DNA of 64,000 nt from an uncultured delta proteobacterium (GCA_963796055.1 CAWCKH010000004.1:640001-704000), one strand, 5' to 3'; shown: positions 49,935-59,652, numbered from the stretch's first letter. The notes: a model not told the origin generated them from the sequence alone. Translations and numbers: made by a program.

Positions 49935-51002
49935 CTACAGCGGCAACACGCCCTCGACCTGCTGGAGCAGCTGGAGCCGCCGGGCCATCACCGGGCTCGA
50001 GCCGTCCTCGAGCGCGGCCGTTTCTTGCAGCACCCGCTCGAGCGGGAAGCGCTTCACCGAACCGTCCGAGGTGGCCACGCCGCCGGGGAGCGGCGCGTTC
50101 CAGGCCACCATCTCGTCGGTCGCGCCCTCGAGGAGGCCAATCACCGCGCCGAACGCGAGCCGGGCCGAGACCATCCGGTCGAGGAAGCTCGGATGGCCGC
50201 CGCGCACCACGTGACCCAGGACCACCGCCCGGACCTCCACCTGTCCCAGCTTCTCCTCCACCCGCCGGACCAGCCGGGTGCAGGGGATCTCCACGCCCTC
50301 GGCCTTGATGATCAGCACTCGCCGCTTCCCCCGGGCGAAGCCCTGCGCCACCACCGAGGCCACCGCCTGGACGATGGTCTCCTCGTCCCGCTTCTGCTCG
50401 CGGAACAGCACCGCGTCTGCGCCCACCGCCACCGCCGAGGCCATCGCCAGGTAGCCGCACGCCCGCCCCATCACCTCCACCACGAAGGCCCGGTGGTGCG
50501 CCCGGGCGGTGTCGTCCACGTGGTCGCACGCCTCGACGATGGTGTTGAGCGCGGTGTCGGTCCCGATCGCCAGCGCGGTGCACCCGATGTCGTTGTCGAT
50601 GGACGCGGGAACGCCCATCACCCGGACGCCATGCTCGCGGGCGAGCGCGTGGGCGCCGGTCAGCGAACCGTTCCCGCCGATGACCACCAGGCCGTCCACC
50701 CCGGCAGCCCGGAGCGCCTCGACCGCGCGCGCCCGCCCCGCCGGCTCCCGAAAGCGGGCGCTCCGCGCCGAGCCGATCACCGTCCCGCCCTGGCCACCGA
50801 GCACGTCGAGACCCGACTCGCCCAGGAGCACGCACGGACCGGGGACCACCTCCACCATCCGTCCGTCGATGAGCCCCTCGTACCCGTCACGCACCCCCAG
50901 CAGCCGCACGCCCCGCGCCGCGCAGGTCTTCGCCGCCGCCCGGAGCGCCGCGTTCATCCCCGGGCTGTCCCCGCCCGAGGTGAGGAGGGCCAGAGTCTTC
51001 AC
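49935..51002 (-). CDS. pfkA: 6-phosphofructokinase
   Basis: TSGGDSPGMNA, IGGNGS, PASIDND, EVMGR, LGHVVRGG. Confidence 0.92.
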   Translation of the reverse strand: MKTLALLTSGGDSPGMNAALRAAAKTCAARGVRLLGVRDGYEGLIDGRMVEVVPGPCVLLGESGLDVLGGQGGTVIGSARSARFREPAGRARAVEALRAAGVDGLVVIGGNGSLTGAHALAREHGVRVMGVPASIDNDIGCTALAIGTDTALNTIVEACDHVDDTARAHHRAFVVEVMGRACGYLAMASAVAVGADAVLFREQKRDEETIVQAVASVVAQGFARGKRRVLIIKAEGVEIPCTRLVRRVEEKLGQVEVRAVVLGHVVRGGHPSFLDRMVSARLAFGAVIGLLEGATDEMVAWNAPLPGGVATSDGSVKRFPLERVLQETAALEDGSSPVMARRLQLLQQVEGVLPL

Positions 51003-51388
51003 CCGGGCGCTCCCTTCTCGGCGACGTGGCTGCCCCGGTGCGCGCGCCGATGGAGGAGCAGCGCGCCCCCCAGCACCGCCGCGGCCAGGAAGTAGGCGAA
51101 CGGGAGGTACCGCTTCCCGAGGTGCAGCTTCTCGAGGCCCTCGGCGATGAGCACCCCCATGCCCAGCAGCTCGGCGGCGATCTCCGCGGCAGGAGGCTGC
51201 GCCCCGGGCTGCAGCCGCTCCCAGCCCACCAGCCCCAGCAGCAGCACCGCCGCCACTCCGGCCACCCAGGGGAGCGCCCCACCACCCTGCTCCTCGGTCA
51301 GGGCCAGGTAGACGAGGTTGAGCCCGGCGAAGGCGTGGCTCACCGCCTGAAACCGCCGGACCCGCCTGCGCGCCTGGCTGTGCAGCAT
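50999..51388 (-). CDS. Small membrane protein
   Basis: About 4 hydrophobic segments; stop overlaps the pfkA start (GTGA). Confidence 0.6.
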   Translation of the reverse strand: MLHSQARRRVRRFQAVSHAFAGLNLVYLALTEEQGGGALPWVAGVAAVLLLGLVGWERLQPGAQPPAAEIAAELLGMGVLIAEGLEKLHLGKRYLPFAYFLAAAVLGGALLLHRRAHRGSHVAEKGAPG

Positions 51389-51454
51389 GGCTCGACGGCG
51401 GACTCTGCCACGCTCCCGCAGCCGGCGCTGCTCCGGTTAGGGTGCCGCCTCACC

Positions 51455-52231
51455 ATGAGCGACTTCCGGCAACGAGGCGCGGTGGTCACCGGAGCGAACC
51501 GCGGCATCGGCAAGTCCATCGCCCTCGCCTTCCTCCGCGGGGGCTGGCCGGTGCTGGCGCTGGCCCGGAGCGCCGAGAGCCTGGACGCGCTGCGACGGGA
51601 GGCCGGGGACCTCGCCGCTCGCCTCCGACCGATGGCCTGCGACCTGTCGGATCACGCTCAGCTCGAGGGCGCGGCCCAGGCGCTCTCCGACGCGGCTCCG
51701 GTCCCCGCGGTGCTGGTGAACAACGCCGGGATCTCGCTCTCCGCGCCGCTCCAGAAGACGAGCACCGAGGAGCTCCAGCGCGTGCTCCAGGTCAACGCCG
51801 TCGCGCCCTACGTCCTCTGCCGGGCGCTCATCCCCAGGATGGCCGAGGTGGGCGGCGGCCGGGTCATCAACGTCGGGTCCATCGCCTCGTTGAAGGGCAT
51901 CCGCTACACGTCCGCGTACTGCGCGAGCAAGCACGCCCTCCTCGGGCTCACCCGCGCGCTCGCCATCGAATGGGGGCGGAAGGCGGTCACGGTGAACGCG
52001 GTCTGCCCGGGATGGACCGAGACCGACATGTTCACCCGGGCGCTCGAGGCAGTGGTCGACAAGACGGGTCGCAGCCGCGAGCAGGCACGCGAGGCCGTCC
52101 TGGCCAACAACCCGATGGGCCGACCGGTGCAGCCCGACGAGGTCGCAGCCCTCGTTCTGTATCTCTCATCCCCGGCAGCAGCAGGCCTGACGGGCGCCGC
52201 ACTGGCCGTGGATTGTGGTGAGGCTGCCTGA
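51455..52231 (+). CDS. Short-chain dehydrogenase/reductase
   Basis: TGANRGIG, NNAG, YCASK, CPGWTET. Confidence 0.92.
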   Translation: MSDFRQRGAVVTGANRGIGKSIALAFLRGGWPVLALARSAESLDALRREAGDLAARLRPMACDLSDHAQLEGAAQALSDAAPVPAVLVNNAGISLSAPLQKTSTEELQRVLQVNAVAPYVLCRALIPRMAEVGGGRVINVGSIASLKGIRYTSAYCASKHALLGLTRALAIEWGRKAVTVNAVCPGWTETDMFTRALEAVVDKTGRSREQAREAVLANNPMGRPVQPDEVAALVLYLSSPAAAGLTGAALAVDCGEAA

Positions 52232-52304
52232 GCGGCTCTTAGTCCCTGTTGCACCAACTACCCACGAGCGCTAATACCAGGCGTCCTCCGAATGAGGGTG
52301 CCTC

Positions 52305-53198
52305 ATGCAACTCGAGTCGCTCAAGATGTTCTGCGACGTCGTCGAGACCGGCTCCTTCTCGCGCGCCGCCCAGCTGAACCACGTCACCCAGTCCGCGGTG
52401 AGCCAGCAGATCCGCGCGCTGGAGAATCGCTACGAGCAGAAGCTCCTCAGCCGCAGCGCACGGCAGGTCACGCCCACGCCCGCGGGTGAGCGGCTCTTCC
52501 GCGGCTGCAAGGAAATTCTCGCTCGCTTCGGCGAGGTGGAGCAGGAGATCCGCGAGCAGTCGGCGGAGATCGCCGGCACCTGCACCGTGTCCACCATCTA
52601 CTCGGTGGGCCTTCACGAGCTGCAGAACATCCAGAAGGGGCTGCTGAAGACGCACCCCAAGGTGAACATGCGGCTGATCTACCGCCGCAGCGATCAGGTC
52701 TACGACGACGTCATCCTCGGTGCAGCCGAGATTGGCGTCGTCGCCTACCCCCAGCCCCGGGCCGGCGTGGACGTGATTCCCTTCCGCGACGACAAGCTGG
52801 CGGTGGTCTGTTCCCCCAGCCACCCCCTGGCGAGCAAGGCGAAGGTCTCGCTGACCGCGCTGGCCGATACGCCCTTCATCGCCTACGACCGTGAGGCTCC
52901 CACCCGGAAGGCGCTGGACCGGCTGTTCCGGGAGAAGGGCGTGGAGATCGAGCCGGTGATGGAGATGGACAACGTGGAGACCATCAAGCGCGCCGTGGAG
53001 ATGGGCGTCGGGGTGTCCATCCTCCCCTCGGCCACCGTTCAGCACGAGATCGCGCAGGGCACGCTGGTCGCGCGCCCCTTCGCCGAGGGCAGCTTCGCGC
53101 GCCCCATCGGCCTGCTGGTGCGGAAGGGCAAGTACCTCGACCGCGCGTCGCAGGCGGTGCTGGACGCCTTCAAGGAAGCGGCTGCCGCCGAAGAATAG
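52305..53198 (+). CDS. LysR family transcriptional regulator
   Basis: GSFSRAA..VTQSAVSQQIRALE helix-turn-helix; TPAGE; VEMGVGVSILP. Confidence 0.93.
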   Translation: MQLESLKMFCDVVETGSFSRAAQLNHVTQSAVSQQIRALENRYEQKLLSRSARQVTPTPAGERLFRGCKEILARFGEVEQEIREQSAEIAGTCTVSTIYSVGLHELQNIQKGLLKTHPKVNMRLIYRRSDQVYDDVILGAAEIGVVAYPQPRAGVDVIPFRDDKLAVVCSPSHPLASKAKVSLTALADTPFIAYDREAPTRKALDRLFREKGVEIEPVMEMDNVETIKRAVEMGVGVSILPSATVQHEIAQGTLVARPFAEGSFARPIGLLVRKGKYLDRASQAVLDAFKEAAAAEE

Positions 53199-53362
53199 GT
53201 CAGGGCGGCCGCGCTCGAGATCCGCGGCATCGGGTCCAGCGGCCCGCAGTCGTCGAGGTCAGGGCGGCCGCAACGCAGTGGTCAGGGCGGCCGCGCTCGA
53301 GATCCGCGGCATCGGGTCCAGCGGCCCGCAGTCGTCGAGGTCAGGGCGGTCAGGGCGGCCGC
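53198..53362. repeat. Intergenic direct duplication (2 x 70 bp) with five GGTCAGGGCGG motifs
   Basis: 53198-53267 is identical to 53280-53349 (82-bp period); the motif starts at 53198, 53257, 53280, 53339 and 53348. Confidence 0.9.
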
Positions 53363-53383
53363 GGTCGGGCGACGGAGCGAGGG

Positions 53384-54184
53384 CTAGTTGTTGCCGGCGC
53401 CGTGCTGCTTCATCATCTCCTCGAGCTGCTTCTTCTGCTCGGGGGTCATGTTCTCCATCGCCTTTCGCATCTGGTCGCGCATCTGCTGACGCTGATCGGC
53501 GCTCATCCCCCCCTCGCCCGTCTTTACCTCGGTGTAGCCGGAGGGGATGGCGAAGGCGGAATCGGGAATCGGCTGCTCCTTCACCTCGGTGATCTCCCAG
53601 GTCACGGTGTGGTCGGGCTTGTCCTTCTCCCGGTGAATGAACTTGATCGGGAGTCCGCCCAGCCCCTCCTTCTTGAGCGCGCCCCACCAGCTCTGGCTCT
53701 TGCTGGTACCGGTCCAGGCCTTGGCCATGTCCGCCTGGGAGACGAGGTTCATGTCGATCCACATCTCGCTCTCGTCCGTGCTGCCGGCCTTGGTGACGAG
53801 CACGTGCTCGGTGGTTCGTCCGGCGATCTTCTCCTTCCCCAGCCGCTTGACGGTGTACTTCTTGGCCTCGGCGGGCTCGGCGGCGTCCTCCTTCTCCTTG
53901 CTGGTGTCGACCCGGGTGTACGTCTTCCGCTCGGGGTAGAGGATGTAGGTCACGCCCGGCTCGGCGGCCCGGGTGATGACCACCTGCTTCCCCGTCCCGA
54001 AGACTCCGCTGGACTCCATCCGGGTGCTGATGCCCTTCACCTGGATGGTCCCGGTGGCGGAGAGCGGCTTGCCGTCGGGCATCTTCTGGGGACTGCTCAT
54101 CTTGTTCGTCAGGACTCCTTCGAACGCGAGCGCGGGAACGGCGGCCAGGCAGAACGCAGCGACGAGCGCGCGGGTCATGGGCAT
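53384..54184 (-). CDS. DUF4412-like exported protein
   Basis: AAGGAG RBS; signal peptide ending ALA-FEG; LGKEKIAG; FAIPSGY; Met/Gln-rich tail. Confidence 0.75.
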   Translation of the reverse strand: MPMTRALVAAFCLAAVPALAFEGVLTNKMSSPQKMPDGKPLSATGTIQVKGISTRMESSGVFGTGKQVVITRAAEPGVTYILYPERKTYTRVDTSKEKEDAAEPAEAKKYTVKRLGKEKIAGRTTEHVLVTKAGSTDESEMWIDMNLVSQADMAKAWTGTSKSQSWWGALKKEGLGGLPIKFIHREKDKPDHTVTWEITEVKEQPIPDSAFAIPSGYTEVKTGEGGMSADQRQQMRDQMRKAMENMTPEQKKQLEEMMKQHGAGNN

Positions 54185-54206
54185 CTCCTTGGGATGGGCG
54201 GGCATA

Positions 54207-55526
54207 TCACGCCAGTCGCCGGAGCCGGGCCGCGTAGAACCCGTCCATCCCCTCCGGGCCCGGTAACGTTCGCAGCGCCCCCTGGACCAGGGGCCAGCCG
54301 AGCCGCTCGGCGACCGCGGGCGTCTCCATGGTGAAATCCGGGTGACTGCGGAGGAAGAGGTCCACTTGGTCCTGCCCTTCCTCGGGCTCGGTGCTGCAGA
54401 CCGCGTAGACCAGCAGCCCACCGGGGGGCACCACCTCCTGGCAGCGCTCGAGGATGCGGCGCTGGAGCGTGGCGAGGCGCGCCAGGTCCGGCTCCTCGCG
54501 CCGCCAGCGCAGCTCGGGGTGGCGCCGCAGCGTGCCCAGCCCGGTGCACGGCGCGTCGAGCAGCACCGCGTCCACCCGGCCGATGGACTCCGGGAAGGGG
54601 TCGGTCGCGTCGTGGGCCAGCACCTCGATGCGATCGTCCAGCCGGAGCCGCCGTGCCTCGGAGCGAATCCTCTCCAGCTTCGCCACGTAGAGGTCCACCG
54701 CCAGCACCGGGTGACTCTCGCCCAGGTGACAGGCCTTTCCGCCCGGCGCGGCGCAGGCGTCGAGCACCCGCGCCCCCTCGGGGATGGCGGCGTACAGGCC
54801 CACCAGCTGCGCCGCCTCGTCCTGCACCTGGAACCGGCCCTCGGCGTACCCCACCAGGTCCTCCACCGGCCCGGGCGAGGGCAACCGGAAGCCGACCGGG
54901 GAGCGCACGGTCCGCATCGCCTGGAGCCCCGCCTCGGCGAACAGCGCCCCCAGCGCCTCGGGCGTCCCGAGACGGGTGTTGGTGCGGACGGTCACCGGCG
55001 GCGACTCGTTGTTCGCCACCAGCATCGCCTCGGCGCCCTCCCGGCCATAGCGCCGGAGCCACCGCTCGACCAGCCAGCGCGGGTGGCTGTCGCGGACCGA
55101 GAGGTGCTCGGCGAGATCGGAGACCGGGGGCAGCGGGATGGACTCCAGCCCGGCGACCTTCCGCAGCACCGCGTTGACGAAGCCCGCGGCGCGCGACAGT
55201 CCGAGCTGCTTCAGCCCTTCCACGGTCTCGGACACCGCCGCCCGGCGGGGTACCCGGGAGAAGAAGATCTGGTAGGCGCCGATGCGCAGCGCGCCCAGCA
55301 CCCGGTCCTCGAGCGCGGCCAGCTTCCGATCCGAGAAGCCGGCGATCACCCGGTCCAGCCCGAGACGCCGCCGGCTGGCTCCGTAGCAGAGCTCGGTGAC
55401 CAGCGCCGCATCGCGCGGGTCCCGGAGCGGCGATTCGGCGAGCCGCTGGTCCAGCACCACGTTCAGGTAGGCGTCGGTGGCCTCCACCCGGGCCAGCACC
55501 TCGATCGCCACCGCCCGGGCGTTCAT
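54207..55526 (-). CDS. rsmB: 16S rRNA m5C967 methyltransferase RsmB/Sun
   Basis: NusB-like N-terminus (FVNAVLR), SHPRWL, VQDE, DACAAPGGK, DAPCTGLG, YAVCS, DGFY. Confidence 0.93.
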   Translation of the reverse strand: MNARAVAIEVLARVEATDAYLNVVLDQRLAESPLRDPRDAALVTELCYGASRRRLGLDRVIAGFSDRKLAALEDRVLGALRIGAYQIFFSRVPRRAAVSETVEGLKQLGLSRAAGFVNAVLRKVAGLESIPLPPVSDLAEHLSVRDSHPRWLVERWLRRYGREGAEAMLVANNESPPVTVRTNTRLGTPEALGALFAEAGLQAMRTVRSPVGFRLPSPGPVEDLVGYAEGRFQVQDEAAQLVGLYAAIPEGARVLDACAAPGGKACHLGESHPVLAVDLYVAKLERIRSEARRLRLDDRIEVLAHDATDPFPESIGRVDAVLLDAPCTGLGTLRRHPELRWRREEPDLARLATLQRRILERCQEVVPPGGLLVYAVCSTEPEEGQDQVDLFLRSHPDFTMETPAVAERLGWPLVQGALRTLPGPEGMDGFYAARLRRLA

Positions 55527-56410
55527 TCCAGCGCCGCCATCCACTCCACCAGCTGGTGGTCGCTGAGCGCGGCCCTGGGCTGCACGGCGAGAAAGAGGGC
55601 CTGCAGCACCTCCTCCAGCTGATCGCGCTGCCCGGCCTCCACCGCCGCGCCCCGCTGGAGCGCGACCCACTCTCCGCGGGCCCAGGTGGCGAGGCCCGAG
55701 GGAGTGAGGCGGCCGGCGAGCCGGTCGGCGATGCGGGCCCGCACCTCGGCGCGGGTGAGGCCGCTGCCGGGCCGCCGCGTCCCGGGCGTTGGCTCCGCCG
55801 CGGCCCGACCCAGCGTCTTGCCTGGACGGGCCGGCGCCGCCGCCGGGGGTGTGGCCGGAGCGGGACGCACCAGGGCCCGCGGCGCACCGGCGCTGGCTGG
55901 CTCGGCGTCGGCCTTCACCGAGCGCGACCGCGCCGCCTCGGGCGCCCGGCCCAGCGTCTTCCGGGTCCGCGCGGCCAGCGCCCGGCTCGCGGCGCGCGAC
56001 AGCCGCTCGAGGGCCTCGAGGTATGCCTCGGCCCCCGTGCCCGCGACGTGCGCGGCGCACACGTCCTTGAGGAGCGACCGGCGCTGGACGGCGGCGCGGC
56101 CCTTCGCCGGGGCGAGCAGCACCTCCACCACCGGCATCCGCGAGGCGGACACCGCGGCCCGGAGGACGTGCGAGCCGGGCGCCAGGGGACCCGGGTTCAG
56201 CACCACGCCCTCGGCCCAGGCGCGCTGCTCCCACAGCGCATCCACCAGAGCGCCCTCGTGGTTGGTCTGCACCGTCCGGAGCACGTGCCCCAGCGCCCGC
56301 GCCTTCTCCGCCAGCCGGCGGTCCACCTCGGACAGGCTCACTCCCGGCGGGTCCCCCTCGCGCTGCCCGAGGAACTGGAGCGTCGGTCCGTGGAGCACGA
56401 GCACGTTCAT
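55523..56410 (-). CDS. Type II dehydroquinase (AroQ)-like protein, degenerate active site, C-terminal extension
   Basis: MNVLVLHGP..LGQRE, QTNHEGALVD, VLNPG, PVVEV follow the AroQ pattern, but the EVHxSN and catalytic Tyr motifs are missing; ATGA overlaps on both sides. Confidence 0.75.
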   Translation of the reverse strand: MNVLVLHGPTLQFLGQREGDPPGVSLSEVDRRLAEKARALGHVLRTVQTNHEGALVDALWEQRAWAEGVVLNPGPLAPGSHVLRAAVSASRMPVVEVLLAPAKGRAAVQRRSLLKDVCAAHVAGTGAEAYLEALERLSRAASRALAARTRKTLGRAPEAARSRSVKADAEPASAGAPRALVRPAPATPPAAAPARPGKTLGRAAAEPTPGTRRPGSGLTRAEVRARIADRLAGRLTPSGLATWARGEWVALQRGAAVEAGQRDQLEEVLQALFLAVQPRAALSDHQLVEWMAALE

Positions 56411-57369
56411 GGCACCACTCCTCCGAATGGACGCTCGCCCTGGCGCAAGGGGTGTCCGCTCAGGAACTCCGCGGCCGTCATCCGCCGCTTGCCCTCGGGC
56501 TGCACCTCGAGCAGCCCAAGCGCCCCCTCCCCGCATGCCACGTCCAGCGTCCCGTGCGCGGCGAGCACGGTGCCGGGCGGCCCGGCGCCGGGCACCACCT
56601 CGGCGCGCCACACCTTGAGGAGCGCCGGCCCGAGCTGGCACCAGGCACCGGGCCAGGGCACGAAGGCGCGCACCCGCCGCTCCAGCTCGACCGCGGGCCT
56701 GGTCCAGTCGAGCCGCCCGTCCTCCTTCTCCACCAGCCGGGCGATGGTCACCCCGTCGGTCGGCTGGGGACGGGGGTCCAGCGCGCCGGCGAGGAAGCGG
56801 GGCAGCTCGTCCCGCACCAGGGCGCCCCCGAGCTCGGAGAGCCGGAGGTGCAGCGACTCGGAGGTGTCGTCGGGGAGGATGGGTGTCCTGCGCACCGCGA
56901 GCACCGGTCCGGTGTCCAGCCCCGCCTCCATCTGCATCAGGCACACCCCCGTCTCGGTGTCCCCCGAGGCGATGGCCCACTGGATGGGGGCGGCGCCTCG
57001 CCAGCGCGGCAAGAGCGAGGCGTGCACGTTCACGCACCCCAGCCGCGGCGCGGAGAGGACGTCCACCGGGAGGATGCGCCCGTACGCCGCCACCACCGCC
57101 ACGTCGAGCTGCATCGCCCGGAGCCGGTCGCCGAAGTCGGTCCCCTTGAGCCTGGGGGGCTGGAGTACGGAAAGGTCGGCCTTCTCCGCCTCGGCCTTCA
57201 CCGCCGACGGCGTGACGTGCTGCCCCCGCCCGCGCGGGCGGTCGGGCTGCGTGACCACCGCCACCACGTTGCCCACCACCTGGCAGGCACGGAGGGCGGG
57301 CACGGCGAAGGGCGGGGTGCCGAAGAAGGCGATGCGCGCCCGTCCACCCTCCGCACCCCGCTCAGCCAT
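56407..57369 (-). CDS. fmt: Methionyl-tRNA formyltransferase
   Basis: FFGTPPFA, TQPDRPRGRG, NVHASLLPRWRGAAPIQ, GLDTG. Confidence 0.96.
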   Translation of the reverse strand: MAERGAEGGRARIAFFGTPPFAVPALRACQVVGNVVAVVTQPDRPRGRGQHVTPSAVKAEAEKADLSVLQPPRLKGTDFGDRLRAMQLDVAVVAAYGRILPVDVLSAPRLGCVNVHASLLPRWRGAAPIQWAIASGDTETGVCLMQMEAGLDTGPVLAVRRTPILPDDTSESLHLRLSELGGALVRDELPRFLAGALDPRPQPTDGVTIARLVEKEDGRLDWTRPAVELERRVRAFVPWPGAWCQLGPALLKVWRAEVVPGAGPPGTVLAAHGTLDVACGEGALGLLEVQPEGKRRMTAAEFLSGHPLRQGERPFGGVVP

Positions 57370-57925
57370 CGTCGGGTCCGTGGAGCCGGGCGCGCTTCTC
57401 CGCGACCAGGGCGGTGAGGGTGGCCCGTCCTCCGGCGGCGTTCCCGGTGGCCAGCGCCGACTCGAGCGCGGTGAGCTCCTCGTGCTCGCGCCGGCGGAGG
57501 GTGTCCACCGTGGCGTGGAACTCGGCGAAGACGTCCCGCAGCTCGTCGTGGCTGCGGAGCGGCCGCCAGCGGGGGAAGCCTCCCTCGGCGAGCCGCCGGA
57601 GCTGGCCGCGGAGCACCCGCATCGGGCCCGCCACCCGGTGGGAGACCAGGAGCCCCACCAGCGACAGCACCAGGGACATCACCAGCGCCATGAACCCGGT
57701 GAGCACCAGCACCGTGGTCTCGGTGCCCTGGAGGGTGGCCTGCGACTCGGGCCCGAGCGTCTCGCGCGCCTGGTGCAGCGCCAGCCACACCGCCCCGCCG
57801 AAGGCGGCACAGAGCGACGCGCCGCCCAGCGCGAGCCCCACCGCGTATTTCAGCTGGAAGCGGCGGTCGACCAGGACCTGGCGTCGGGTGTAGGCCTCGG
57901 GGCTCACGGAGAAGTTCGTCCGCAC
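57362..57925 (-). CDS. Two-TM HAMP-domain protein
   Basis: VDRRFQLKY, two TM segments, SHRVAGP...LRSHDEL HAMP-like region; overlaps the fmt start. Confidence 0.7.
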   Translation of the reverse strand: MRTNFSVSPEAYTRRQVLVDRRFQLKYAVGLALGGASLCAAFGGAVWLALHQARETLGPESQATLQGTETTVLVLTGFMALVMSLVLSLVGLLVSHRVAGPMRVLRGQLRRLAEGGFPRWRPLRSHDELRDVFAEFHATVDTLRRREHEELTALESALATGNAAGGRATLTALVAEKRARLHGPDDG

Positions 57926-58050
57926 TCTACCCTCGCTCGCGCCCGGACCACGCCGCTGACGCGCAGCCCCTCGCGCTGGATTGGAAAGCAGCCGGGCGAT
58001 TGGCGTAAAACCCGGGGAACTTTTTACGGACAGCACCCCGGAGGGGACGG

Positions 58051-59652
58051 ATGGGACGCACCGCAACTGCGGTCGCACTGGCGCTCTCGTTGGGCCTCCT
58101 CGCCGTCGGTTGCAGCAAGGATCCGAGCACACCCGGGTACTGGGAGGACCAGCTCGATGCCGCCCAGCGGCCGAGCGAGAAGGTCCGGGTCCTGGAGACG
58201 CTCCGCTCCAGCAAGCGCCTCGACAAGCGCTTCGCGCCGATGCTGAACGCGCGGCTGGCCTCGGAGAAGAGCCCGGAGACCCGGGCGGTCATCGCCCGCG
58301 CGCTCGGGGAGCTGAAGGACCCCTCCAGCGTGGACCCCCTGACCGCGGCGCTCGACGTCAACACCGCCGACGGCGCCACCTCGCGGATGAACGCCGCCAT
58401 CGCCCAGGCGCTGGGGGACATCAAGGACCCGCGGGGGGCCACGGCGCTCATCGCCCTGCTCCGCAGCCGCGACGACTACGTCCGCCAGGACGCCATCGCC
58501 GCGCTGGGCGAGATCCGGGCCCAGGCCGCGGTCCCGACCCTGGTGGAGCTGGCCCTCGACGACAAGAGCCCCCCGGCCGTGAACCGTCGGGCCATCGTCG
58601 CGCTCGGCGAGGTGGGGGACCCGCGCGCCATCCCCACCCTGCTCAAGGCAATGTTCAAGCAGCGCGGGAACGCCGTCTTCGCCCAGGAGGCGAGCTACTC
58701 GCTGTTCCAGATCGGCAAGCCCGCCGCCGACGCGCTCACCGTGGTGCTCGAGGGGAAGGACCGCGACCTGTCCGCCTGGGCCCGCGCCAACGACGTGGGG
58801 GAGGCGGTGGTTCTGGTGAGGGCCGCCGAGTCGCTGGGCGACTTCCGGGCTCCCGGCGCCGAGCCGGCGCTGGTGAAGCAGCTCTCGTACCGGACTTCGG
58901 CCCCCGAGCAGACGCTCTACGCCCGGATGGCCGCGGCGAGCACGCTGGGGAAGATGCACTCCTCCGAGGGGCGGAAGACCCTGGAGACGATGCTCGACGA
59001 GTCCGAGCCGCTGGCCCGCGCCGAGTACGCCCGGGCGCTGGTGCTGATCGGCGGCCGCGACGCGGTGCCGGCCCTGCAGCGCTCGGCAGGCCACGGCCCG
59101 TGGGAGGCGCGGCAGTACGCCATCGGGGCGCTGGGGATGCTCGGCGACGAGCGGGACCAGCCGGCGATGGACCGCATCGCGGCCGACGAGCCCAAGGCCA
59201 CCGCCGCCGACTGCAAGCGCTACGGCTGCAACCTCCCGGTGGAGGAGGTGGCGGCGAACCGGCTGAAGACGGTGAAAGTCTTCCAGGCCCCGCTGAGGGC
59301 CGCCGCCCAGTGCAAGGCGGCGATGGACTGCTGGGCCAGCAAGCTCGGCGACGCCGAGGGCCCGGTGCGTCAACGGGCAGCGCTGGAGCTGGGGCGGATG
59401 GGCAAGCCCGAGGCGGTGAAGCCGCTCGGCGAGCACCTCGCGGACAAGGAGCCCGAGACCCGCGCCGCGGTGCTCCAGGCGCTGATGTGGCTGGTGCAGG
59501 GCAATTCGGGTGCTGCCCGGCAGCTGGTGCCGCTGCTCCCCAGGCTCGAGCAGCAGGCCTCGGCGGACCGCGGCCGGCAGGACTACGCGGCGACGAACGA
59601 GCAGCTCCGCCGCCTCATCACCGAGGTGCGTCGCCGGGGCGAGCAAGCCTGA
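58051..59652 (+). CDS. HEAT-repeat lipoprotein
   Basis: Lipobox AVGC; many repeats of the type VRQDAIAALGEI / VRQRAALELGRM. Confidence 0.85.
   Translation: MGRTATAVALALSLGLLAVGCSKDPSTPGYWEDQLDAAQRPSEKVRVLETLRSSKRLDKRFAPMLNARLASEKSPETRAVIARALGELKDPSSVDPLTAALDVNTADGATSRMNAAIAQALGDIKDPRGATALIALLRSRDDYVRQDAIAALGEIRAQAAVPTLVELALDDKSPPAVNRRAIVALGEVGDPRAIPTLLKAMFKQRGNAVFAQEASYSLFQIGKPAADALTVVLEGKDRDLSAWARANDVGEAVVLVRAAESLGDFRAPGAEPALVKQLSYRTSAPEQTLYARMAAASTLGKMHSSEGRKTLETMLDESEPLARAEYARALVLIGGRDAVPALQRSAGHGPWEARQYAIGALGMLGDERDQPAMDRIAADEPKATAADCKRYGCNLPVEEVAANRLKTVKVFQAPLRAAAQCKAAMDCWASKLGDAEGPVRQRAALELGRMGKPEAVKPLGEHLADKEPETRAAVLQALMWLVQGNSGAARQLVPLLPRLEQQASADRGRQDYAATNEQLRRLITEVRRRGEQA

Noticed and set aside
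53198..53362. Possible mini CRISPR array
   Set aside because: Repeat is only 11-15 bp, spacers are identical or irregular in length, and no cas genes are in the window.
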